Shown piece by piece: positions 28,684 to 39,215 of a stretch of 64,000 bases of DNA (position 1 is its first letter; each line of letters opens with the position of its first letter). The position numbers and the translations under genes were made by a program. The notes under the pieces are model-generated. The model saw only the letters and a list, made by a program, of their open reading frames with translations, made no database searches and was not told the origin of the DNA. The DNA is taken from contig JAFXVB010000026.1 in NCBI GenBank assembly GCA_017534945.1, positions 65,034 through 129,033 of the forward strand, written 5' to 3'. Source of the DNA: Alphaproteobacteria bacterium. Its GTDB lineage: Bacteria; Pseudomonadota; Alphaproteobacteria; Rs-D84.

Positions 28684-28760
28684 GGCGGGATAGCTCAGCT
28701 GGTTAGAGCAGTGGAATCATAATCCACGTGTCGGGGGTCCGAGTCCCTCTCCCGCTACCA
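28684..28760 (+). tRNA. tRNA with CAT anticodon (elongator Met, or Ile2 if lysidine-modified)
   Basis: GGCGGGATAGCTCAGCTGGTTAGAGCA; anticodon stem GTGGA/TCCAC with loop ATCATAA; encoded CCA. Pair 1-72 is G-U. Confidence 0.8.
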
Positions 28761-29013
28761 CGAAATTTTGTTAGCCCGCACAGAAAAGTGCGGGCTTAAA
28801 AAATTTCAGTGCCGCGCCGTAGTTATTACATTCAATGAACAATATTAACAATTCCTGATATTTTGTTTTCAAAATTAAGCACCAACGAAGGCGGGCTTAG
28901 AAATTTCAACCTGTCGCGTATATGCAATACATAGACAAGATTTATTATTTTATCTTGCTTTTTTATTTTGTTTTTTTATGTTTTCATTTATAATTTTCAA
29001 AAAGGATTAAAAC

Positions 29014-29649
29014 ATGAAAATCTTTAAAAAAGTTCCACATGGAAACGGCCATATGTATGTATATTTATTCGGTATTAAAATACTTTCGTTTAAACCCGAA
29101 CATTTTATCAATGGCAAAAACAATACGGTTAAAATTCCTGCATCTGCCGATGTAAAATATAAAATTATTGGCGATAACAACAAAATAACAATCGATGACA
29201 CATGCGGATATAATCCACACATGAATATCAAGATTGGACTTATTGCGCCATGTAATAATTGCGAAATTAAAATCGGCAAACATTTTCACTGTGGGACTTT
29301 GGAATTTATCACCCCAATCCAAGAAGACGGCATGAAAATCGAAATCGGCGATGATTGTATGTTTTCAATTGGAACAGAATTCATCCCCAGTGATTCACAC
29401 GCTATATTTGATGAAAACGGCAAAGTTCGTAATATCGCGAAACACATTAAAATCGGGAATCATGTATGGTTCGGCGCAAATGTCACAATTTGCAAAAATA
29501 CAGAAATTGCCGATGGCTGTATCGTCGGCGCACACAGCGTGGTCAGTGGAAAATTCACCGAACCAAATTGCATAATTGCCGGCAACCCTGCACGCGTAAT
29601 TCGCCGCAACGCAACATGGGATGTGCGACTGCCAAAAGAGTTTTTATAA
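29014..29649 (+). CDS. hexapeptide-repeat (LbH) acetyltransferase
   Basis: IGNHVWFGANVTICKNTEIADGCIVGAHSVVSGKF...IIAGNPARVIR. Confidence 0.75.
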   Translation: MKIFKKVPHGNGHMYVYLFGIKILSFKPEHFINGKNNTVKIPASADVKYKIIGDNNKITIDDTCGYNPHMNIKIGLIAPCNNCEIKIGKHFHCGTLEFITPIQEDGMKIEIGDDCMFSIGTEFIPSDSHAIFDENGKVRNIAKHIKIGNHVWFGANVTICKNTEIADGCIVGAHSVVSGKFTEPNCIIAGNPARVIRRNATWDVRLPKEFL

Positions 29650-29694
29650 AAACGGTTGATTTTTACGTTATGGCGGTTATAATAAATCGCAATC

Positions 29695-29768
29695 GCCCTA
29701 ATAGTCTAGTGGTAAAACACGTCCTTGGTAAGGACGAGTCGCAAGTCCGATTCTTGCTTAGGGCACCA
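29695..29768 (+). tRNA. tRNA-Thr (GGT)
   Basis: Acceptor GCCCTAA/TTAGGGC; anticodon stem CGTCC/GGACG with loop TTGGTAA; encoded CCA. A terminator hairpin follows at 29782-29803. Confidence 0.8.
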
Positions 29769-29801
29769 TGAAATTTTATTAGCCGGCAATTGCCGGTTTT
29801 T

Positions 29802-30803
29802 TTATTCACATGTTTTTTGATAATTCCAAGAATCGCGGCACATATCGTCCAAAGAATATTCCGCACGCCAACCCAAAACTTTTTCGGCTTTTTCTGGATT
29901 TGCATAACACGATGCAATATCACCCGGTCGCCGCGCCACAATTTCATACGGGATTTTAATATTATTCACCCGTTCAAATGTCTTTATCACATCCAATACA
30001 GAATACCCATGCCCCGTACCCAGGTTAAATATATCAATTCCGCAATTATTTTCAATCGCACCCAACGCCCGCACATGCCCACGCGCCAAATCAACCACAT
30101 GAATATAATCACGCACACCGGTGCCATCTGGGGTATCATAATCATTTCCATACACAAATAATTTTTCACGCCGTCCACACGCGACCTGGGTAATATATGG
30201 CATTAAATTATTTGGGATTCCATTTGGTTTTTCACCAATAAATCCCGAAGGATGCGCACCAATTGGATTAAAATATCGCAAAATTACGATATTCATATCC
30301 CGATTTGCATTTTGTGTATCGATTAAGATTTGTTCAATCATATGTTTTGTCCAACCATACGGGTTTGTGCAAATTCCCTTTGGACAATCCTCTGTAATCG
30401 GCACAAAAGCCGGCGTTCCGTACACAGTCGCACTGGATGAAAAAATGATATTTTTACAATCAACATCATGCAAAACTTTCAACAAAGAAATTGTTCCGCC
30501 AATATTATTATCATAATATTCAACCGGCTTTGCGACAGATTCACCAACCGCCTTTAACCCGGCAAAATGAATACAGCAATCAATTTTATATTTTGATAAA
30601 AACGATTTTAATTTATCTGTATCACGAATATCACACTCATAAAAATCGATATCATGTCCGGTTATTTTTTTAATATTTTCCAATACAGATTTTGATGAAT
30701 TACTTAAATTATCAACACCAATAATATTATGATTTTCTTTTTGCAATTCAACGATAGTATGCGATGCAATGAAACCGGTTGCCCCCGTAATAAGAATATT
30801 CAT
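29802..30803 (-). CDS. galE: UDP-glucose 4-epimerase
   Basis: ILITGATGFIASH Rossmann motif, the YGWTK catalytic YxxxK, and a length of 333 aa. Confidence 0.85.
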   Translation of the reverse strand: MNILITGATGFIASHTIVELQKENHNIIGVDNLSNSSKSVLENIKKITGHDIDFYECDIRDTDKLKSFLSKYKIDCCIHFAGLKAVGESVAKPVEYYDNNIGGTISLLKVLHDVDCKNIIFSSSATVYGTPAFVPITEDCPKGICTNPYGWTKHMIEQILIDTQNANRDMNIVILRYFNPIGAHPSGFIGEKPNGIPNNLMPYITQVACGRREKLFVYGNDYDTPDGTGVRDYIHVVDLARGHVRALGAIENNCGIDIFNLGTGHGYSVLDVIKTFERVNNIKIPYEIVARRPGDIASCYANPEKAEKVLGWRAEYSLDDMCRDSWNYQKTCE

Positions 30804-30913
30804 ATTGACTCCTTATGTACAATACATGGTATTAAACCAAGGGCAAAAAAGCAAACCCAAACACAAAATTATTCAATTTGAATAAATACTTAAAATATGA
30901 TAGAATAAGCCGT

Positions 30914-31486
30914 ATGAAACGCAATTTTTTATTTTTATTACCATTAATTGTGCCGAACATAGCATTGGCAAATTGGTTTTTGCCCGACAAAAATCCATTT
31001 ATGGGAAAATACGAAAACCAAATGTTTTACGGTATTGGCCAAGGATTTGACACCGGTATTTTATTACCGCCACCTGTGCGTCCTGTGCCATTTTACATTG
31101 GGACAATCACATATTCCCAACCAACAACATTTTTCCGTATTCCGGCACGCAGAAATTTAAATATTTCACAAACCGTTGGCTTTGGTGAAAAAAACGGATG
31201 GAAATGGGATGATTACACAATTCCAATGGGTTATTTTACCGAAGATATCGCCCTATTCCGGTATAAATGGTTTTATATGGGAACCGGTGCCGGCGTTGGA
31301 CTCCAAGTCAAAGAAAACGAACGTTTGGGTGCAAAACTGTTATTTGAATTCAAGGTAACATTTGGATTCAATATCACACGCGAATGGGCAACCGAAATAT
31401 TTATTCAACACTTTTCCAATGCAAACACCGCGGACGAAAATAATTCATATGCATTTTATGGAATTGGTTTAACACATAACTTTTAA
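30914..31486 (+). CDS. outer-membrane lipid A deacylase (PagL / acyloxyacyl hydrolase family)-like beta-barrel
   Basis: Signal peptide MKRNFLFLLPLIVPNIALA. The C terminus IQHFSNAN...YGIGLTHNF carries an H.SN motif and a terminal aromatic residue. Confidence 0.5.
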   Translation: MKRNFLFLLPLIVPNIALANWFLPDKNPFMGKYENQMFYGIGQGFDTGILLPPPVRPVPFYIGTITYSQPTTFFRIPARRNLNISQTVGFGEKNGWKWDDYTIPMGYFTEDIALFRYKWFYMGTGAGVGLQVKENERLGAKLLFEFKVTFGFNITREWATEIFIQHFSNANTADENNSYAFYGIGLTHNF

Positions 31487-31496
31487 TAAAAGTTTT

Positions 31497-32159
31497 TTAC
31501 CAATCAATTGGCGCGAAACCATTTTGTTTTAAGTATTCGTTTGCCTGACTGAAATGTTTACAACCAAAAAATCCACGATACGCCGACAAAGGCGATGGGT
31601 GCACAGTTTTTAACACAAGATTTTGTGATGTATCCACCAACGCGGCTTTCTTTTGGGCATAACTACCCCACAACATATAAACAATATGGGAACGCCGCGC
31701 CAACGCCGCAATCGCCGCATCTGTGAATTGTTCCCACCCGCGCCCCGCATGCGATGCCGCCACATGTGCGCTTACCGTTAATGTAGAATTCAACAATAAC
31801 ACACCCTGCTCTGCCCAATGCGTCAAATCACCATTGGTTGATGATGGGCGCCCTAAATCATTTTTAATTTCAGTATAAATATTTACCAATGACGGCGGCG
31901 GTGTAATGCCTGTTGGCACAGAAAAACAAAGTCCCATTGCTTGTCCTGGTTCATGATATGGGTCTTGGCCAATAATCACAACACGTGTTTTATCAATTGG
32001 ACACAAATTAAAAGCATTAAAAATATCACGCGCCCGCGGATATATTTGTTTCCCAGACAAATATTCGCCGCGCACAAAATCAGTAAGTTTTATAAAATAA
32101 TCTTTATCAAATTCTGCGGCCAATTCACGCTTCCAAGATTCTTCTATCTTCACATCCAT
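31497..32159 (-). CDS. ung: uracil-DNA glycosylase
   Basis: VVIIGQDPYHEPGQAMGLCFSV and HPSPLSA motifs. Confidence 0.9.
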   Translation of the reverse strand: MDVKIEESWKRELAAEFDKDYFIKLTDFVRGEYLSGKQIYPRARDIFNAFNLCPIDKTRVVIIGQDPYHEPGQAMGLCFSVPTGITPPPSLVNIYTEIKNDLGRPSSTNGDLTHWAEQGVLLLNSTLTVSAHVAASHAGRGWEQFTDAAIAALARRSHIVYMLWGSYAQKKAALVDTSQNLVLKTVHPSPLSAYRGFFGCKHFSQANEYLKQNGFAPIDW

Positions 32160-32160
32160 T

Positions 32161-32823
32161 TTATTTCAACCCCGTTATTAAACCATTTTGTGCAGATTTC
32201 CAAAGCACAACATCAATATACCCGATTGGTAAATTTGTTTTTTGTGCCAAACACTCAAACATCGCATCACAATATTTTTTCACCTCTGGATTTAATTTTT
32301 GATTATCAATAATTGCACTTTGAACTTCGCACTTTGCACTTTGTATCGCAAACGCGACGCCCAACCGTTGAATCCAAATATCATATTTCACAATATCGCA
32401 CCCTAAATTCCGCGCCAAATGATGACTTGTAATTTTTCCAATATGCGGCAAAGACGAAAGATATTTTAATTTATCATCTATACTTTTTTGCACATAATAT
32501 TCGCGCGTATAATCATCACGATTTTGCCAAATTTTATAAATCGCATTTACTTTATTTTTATTGTGAAAAATTTGAAACAAAGAATCTGCATCTGCACCAT
32601 CGCGCAACGCATCACAAATTTTTTTATGAATTTTTTTTGCTGTTTTCTGGGAAAATCCACCCGCCAAAATCACATAAGAACACGCATCTGCAAACGCGTC
32701 CGGCGACAATTTCCGCGGATGCGCCAACATATCACGAATTTCATCAAAAGACATATCATCACTGTCCAGCCCACGCGCCCGCAAAGTCTTATCTAAATCA
32801 AAAAACCAATCTGCCGTAAACAT
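32161..32823 (-). CDS. helix-hairpin-helix protein, possible DNA glycosylase-like
   Basis: LPHIGKITSHHLARNLG looks like an HhH motif, and the gene sits adjacent to ung. It contains a heptamer-repeat tract at 32314-32342. Confidence 0.3.
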   Translation of the reverse strand: MFTADWFFDLDKTLRARGLDSDDMSFDEIRDMLAHPRKLSPDAFADACSYVILAGGFSQKTAKKIHKKICDALRDGADADSLFQIFHNKNKVNAIYKIWQNRDDYTREYYVQKSIDDKLKYLSSLPHIGKITSHHLARNLGCDIVKYDIWIQRLGVAFAIQSAKCEVQSAIIDNQKLNPEVKKYCDAMFECLAQKTNLPIGYIDVVLWKSAQNGLITGLK

Positions 32824-32824
32824 T

Positions 32825-34558
32825 TTAATCGTTATTTGTTTTCATAAACAGTTTTTTTATCAACGCTTTTTCTTTTGCACTACGGGTATCATCTTGGGCT
32901 TCTTTTTCTTTCATTTGTGCCGCATGTTGTTCTGCTTCGCGCTTGTTCAAAACATTAACAATTGCATCTTTGAATTTATTTGTTTTATATGTCGCTTTTT
33001 CAACATCATTTTTAAGTTTTTCATCAAAACTTACAACTTTTTCTGCCGCATTATATACACCTTTATAAAGCATTGCCTTTGGTTTTGAAACCACACCAAT
33101 TTTTTGAGCCACCTTTAAATCTTCTTCAAATTTACGTCTATCGTCCGCAGGACTCTGCACTACATCTTTTGGTGTCATATCGCGTTGTTGTTCTGTTTTT
33201 TCCTCGCGTTTTTTACCAATTGCTTTAAAATCAGCTATAAATTTATCTTTATCATGTTCAGCTTTACCGTATTGACCCGACAACAATTGTTTATATTGAT
33301 TGGCCATACTTTGTGAAATAACCCCTTCACGCACAGAACTGGATATATATTTGCTAAACTTATCTATTTCATAATTAGCCTCGCCAACATTTTCTCCATC
33401 CAAAGCCTTGCTATAATTATCTATAAATTCCTGTATCCTACCAGAAAACTCTTTCTTAAAATCTTTTTCTACTGATTGGCCCATATTAAACATACCAAAT
33501 TTTGCTTTTGGGTCTTTGGTTTTTTCTGGTTCGAACATTACAGTTTTTTTACCCTGTTTATCTGCGATTTTATCTTGCTGTTGCACTTCATAATCTAATT
33601 TTCTTTTATCATCGGCAACACTTTGCACAATATCTTCGGCTTTTTCTGGACGCTGTTGCGGCATTTGTCCTTTATTAACAATTTCGTTCAAAGATTTCAC
33701 CGCATCTTCATGCAAATGAACAGAAAACGCCCCACTTTGCACTTCTCGCAATGGCCGTCTTAATTCATCAGCCACAGCGTTAGAAATCACCCCAGCTTTT
33801 GCTGCGGCATTAATTTCATTTGCCAATTCAACAAATGAACGCGATGTATCCTTGAAAGATTTTCTTTCCACCGCATCAGTATATTTTTGTATTGCTTTTT
33901 TCACAGAATCCACGCTTGGTGTCGAACGTTCGTTATCTGCTTTAACCTGTTCTTCGGGCAATTTACGTTTATCGTCCGCCGGACTTTGCACGACATCCAT
34001 TGCTTTCATATCACGTTGTTGTTCCTGTTTTTCGATTTTTTGTTGTGTTTTATCAAACTGGGGTGCTTGCGCGTGCACAGATTCCACTTTTTCTAAATTA
34101 TTCATTAATTGTTCATTTCTATAACTTTCTCTTTCAATAGCATTATGAAACTCATCGCCTGCATAAACCAAATATTTTACATTTTCTTCCACATTATCAG
34201 TGAACCCACCCCTGTCCTGCAAAAATTTTGTATAATGCATTAAATCATTATTTACATAATCATAAAACATTTTGTAAAAGTGATTTAATTCCTCAAAATC
34301 ATACGGATGTTCTAAATCCAGTTGTTTTCCACGTATAAAAAAATTTTCCAATTCATTTGATAACTGTTCAAAAAGTCCACCAACCTCATACGCTTCCATA
34401 TTTCGATATGTTCGGGCAAGGTTTTCTGCTTGATCATGCACACGATAAACCAGTTGCATCAATTCATTCCAAAAATCAATCAATTCCTTGGATGCCTTTG
34501 GGGCCACACCTCTATCACGAAGTTCTTGCAATTCTTGTAAAGATATATCTTCATCCAT
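32825..34558 (-). CDS. repeat-containing hypothetical protein (effector-like)
   Basis: 577 aa with three copies of a (Q)QRDM..DVVQSPADD(K/R)RK module and three G(V/I)(I/V)S helical modules. No signal peptide. Confidence 0.5.
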   Translation of the reverse strand: MDEDISLQELQELRDRGVAPKASKELIDFWNELMQLVYRVHDQAENLARTYRNMEAYEVGGLFEQLSNELENFFIRGKQLDLEHPYDFEELNHFYKMFYDYVNNDLMHYTKFLQDRGGFTDNVEENVKYLVYAGDEFHNAIERESYRNEQLMNNLEKVESVHAQAPQFDKTQQKIEKQEQQRDMKAMDVVQSPADDKRKLPEEQVKADNERSTPSVDSVKKAIQKYTDAVERKSFKDTSRSFVELANEINAAAKAGVISNAVADELRRPLREVQSGAFSVHLHEDAVKSLNEIVNKGQMPQQRPEKAEDIVQSVADDKRKLDYEVQQQDKIADKQGKKTVMFEPEKTKDPKAKFGMFNMGQSVEKDFKKEFSGRIQEFIDNYSKALDGENVGEANYEIDKFSKYISSSVREGVISQSMANQYKQLLSGQYGKAEHDKDKFIADFKAIGKKREEKTEQQRDMTPKDVVQSPADDRRKFEEDLKVAQKIGVVSKPKAMLYKGVYNAAEKVVSFDEKLKNDVEKATYKTNKFKDAIVNVLNKREAEQHAAQMKEKEAQDDTRSAKEKALIKKLFMKTNND

Positions 34559-34597
34559 ATCCCAACTCTCCTTATCCTTATAAAAACAAATTTGGAC

Positions 34598-37015
<2,418 letters not shown>

Positions 37016-37039
37016 TTACTACATAAACTTAGCAATTTA

Positions 37040-37048
37040 TGCTATAAT
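37040..37048 (+). promoter_or_regulatory. extended -10 element TGCTATAAT
   Basis: A TGnTATAAT match 33 nt upstream of the ATG at 37082. Confidence 0.3.
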
Positions 37049-37081
37049 TTTCAAGGAAAAAGGACAAAAAAAGGGCGAAAA

Positions 37082-37396
37082 ATGAAATCTGTTCGTAATA
37101 AATTTGCGACACGTGAACAAAAAGAACACATGGTATGTGTTGGCGATGCATTTAATCCCGTAAAATCATACACAAAGGCGGATTTTATATCCCCATCAAA
37201 TGTTGCTGAAAAGTTCAATATTTCACGTGACGCGGCCAAAAAATTAATGCAAAAGGCAAAAACATACGATGAATCTTTTGTCTTGAACGGGCACAAGGCA
37301 CCAATTATAGTAAAACTTAGCAAGACCAGTGGCCTGTATTTGCATCCAATGGCGATTGATGCCTTCCAAGAATACTTACAAAAACAAAGGAACTAA
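37082..37396 (+). CDS. hypothetical small protein, possibly HTH-containing
   Basis: SPSNVAEKFNISRDAAKKLMQKA resembles a helix-turn-helix. The ORF ends 3 nt before the next gene. Confidence 0.3.
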   Translation: MKSVRNKFATREQKEHMVCVGDAFNPVKSYTKADFISPSNVAEKFNISRDAAKKLMQKAKTYDESFVLNGHKAPIIVKLSKTSGLYLHPMAIDAFQEYLQKQRN

Positions 37397-37399
37397 GCA

Positions 37400-37969
37400 A
37401 TGAAATTCAAATTAATTTATTTTGGCGATATTTTTGTTAATCCAAAAAAACGCGCACAACATATTGCGGATATCCGCATGCAATTCCACCCACAATTAAA
37501 ACGGTTAGTAGAACACAGCCCATGGGATAATTTAACAAAATACATGTTGCCAAACGCATCAAAAAGCCCACTTATTACCCGTCATGTTGGTGGCATAGAT
37601 TGGAACCCAATAATCAGTCCAAACCTGAATATGATTGCAGAATTGGATATTTTAATGTTGCACCCTGAAATTGTTGGCGTTGCACACTCGGATATTGATA
37701 ATCGTATTAAAACATTAATGGACGGGTTGCGTTGTCCACAAAACGAGCATGAAATTGGTGGTAACACACCAAACGATATTGGGCCAATTTATACACTGTT
37801 GGACGATGACCATTTGGTGACGAAATTGACCGTTAATACATCACACTTACTGGCACAAAATATGTTTCCAGAAAACTTCAAAGCAACCCCTGATTCAATA
37901 TTTATGCTGATTGATGTAAATGTCCGGGTCACCGAAGGAACCTTGGAAAACCTACCATTTATGGTATAA
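37400..37969 (+). CDS. RusA-like endodeoxyribonuclease domain protein (long variant)
   Basis: SDIDNRIKTLMDGL followed by LLDDDHLVTKLTV matches the RusA D.DN..K...D.L ... DD..V pattern. It is 189 aa, against about 120 aa for canonical RusA. Confidence 0.5.
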   Translation: MKFKLIYFGDIFVNPKKRAQHIADIRMQFHPQLKRLVEHSPWDNLTKYMLPNASKSPLITRHVGGIDWNPIISPNLNMIAELDILMLHPEIVGVAHSDIDNRIKTLMDGLRCPQNEHEIGGNTPNDIGPIYTLLDDDHLVTKLTVNTSHLLAQNMFPENFKATPDSIFMLIDVNVRVTEGTLENLPFMV

Positions 37970-37989
37970 TAGAGTAAAATTTCATTATT

Positions 37990-38034
37990 TGAACTTTGAA
38001 CTCTGAACTTTGAACTCTGAACTTTGAACTTTGA
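37990..38034. repeat. tandem heptamer array (TGAACTY) x6 plus a partial unit
   Basis: Read directly: TGAACTT TGAACTC TGAACTT TGAACTC TGAACTT TGAACTT TGAA. It is preceded by the 23-nt dispersed repeat CATTATTTGAACTTTGAACTCTG. Confidence 0.9.
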
Positions 38035-38040
38035 AAAAAA

Positions 38041-38064
38041 TCCCGATTTCCATCGGGATTTTTT
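38041..38064. terminator. bidirectional rho-independent terminator
   Basis: TCCCGAT-TTCC-ATCGGGA flanked by A7 upstream and T6 downstream, between convergent genes. Confidence 0.7.
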
Positions 38065-38140
38065 AACAGGGCCCCGCGAAATTGCAAAATTTCGTGGGTA
38101 AAACCCGGGCCCCGAAAAATTCATAAGAATTTTTTGGGTA

Positions 38141-39211
38141 TTATGCCAACATCATTGTAATTTGGTCTTGCATTTGGAAAGTCGCCAAAACGACCCATGC
38201 AATAATCGCCGACACCAATAAAATACCGACACTATTTAATGCACTTGATATAGATTCCATTTTACGCACAGAATCCGCCAAATAATCTTTGGCCAATCGC
38301 GATATATTCGGCGCAAAATCGTTCATTTCTGAATAAATTGTTAAATCACCGATAATTTCATTATTTGGAAATTCATAACCTGTGTTTGCCAATGCCACAC
38401 CTAAATTATCACCATTTGCAATATACCTTAATGTATCTTCCAAAATTTTTCGCAAATACCGATTGGCATTATCTGCCAAAGTCCGCATTGCATCTGGCAT
38501 TGCAATTCCCGCCGACACCATGGCGGACAAAGACATCAACCAACCAACGGCTGTATGCATTTTATAAACATTCCATGGTGGCAACACATCAAACATAGTC
38601 CGCAAATATCCGGTCCAATTTGCCAAACTGAACCACACCAACAAAGAAAAACCAACCAACACACCCGCAATAATATGCCAATAATTTATTGTGAAATTTG
38701 ATACACTAATCAACAAACCTGCCGCACCGGTCCACACAACATTTTGACCCGCAACGGCGGAAAGTGGTGGCACCAAATACATACCAACCATAACAATTAT
38801 ACCAAATGTCAAAACCAATAAAAACATTGGGTATGCGATTGCACTGCGCATTGCGCGTTTAATTTTTGAAATACCATTTACAACGGTTTCAACATTTTCC
38901 AAAGCCACAACCAAATCTGCAACATTTGCCGATGTGACAAGTAATGTTTCTTCCATTGGCAACCAACCGCGTGTTGCATCAGCAAAACTCATACCCATTT
39001 CTAAATTTTTTTGCCACACACGCACAACAATTGCATATGGTTCATCAGGTTTGCGTCCGTTTTGCGACTCTATTTGTTCAATTCGCGACAACGCGTCCAT
39101 CAAAGAAAAATTATTACGCAACAAAGACGCCAACTTACGCACCATTGCCATGCGTCGTTCAGTATTCAATTTGAACACCATTTTTGCATATAATAATTCT
39201 AACTTTTCCAT
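38141..39211 (-). CDS. GspF/PilC-family inner-membrane platform protein (type IVb PilR/BfpE/TcpE-like)
   Basis: 356 aa with two T2SS-F-like repeats (LASLLRNNFSLMDAL..., LEDTLRYIANGDNLGVAL...) and three TM segments. Confidence 0.7.
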   Translation of the reverse strand: MEKLELLYAKMVFKLNTERRMAMVRKLASLLRNNFSLMDALSRIEQIESQNGRKPDEPYAIVVRVWQKNLEMGMSFADATRGWLPMEETLLVTSANVADLVVALENVETVVNGISKIKRAMRSAIAYPMFLLVLTFGIIVMVGMYLVPPLSAVAGQNVVWTGAAGLLISVSNFTINYWHIIAGVLVGFSLLVWFSLANWTGYLRTMFDVLPPWNVYKMHTAVGWLMSLSAMVSAGIAMPDAMRTLADNANRYLRKILEDTLRYIANGDNLGVALANTGYEFPNNEIIGDLTIYSEMNDFAPNISRLAKDYLADSVRKMESISSALNSVGILLVSAIIAWVVLATFQMQDQITMMLA

Positions 39212-39215
39212 TTGA

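Noticed and set aside
37990-38034. The tandem repeat tract was considered as a possible CRISPR array.
   Set aside because: The units are 7 nt long and directly abutting, with no spacers, and no cas genes are nearby. It is a microsatellite-like heptamer array.
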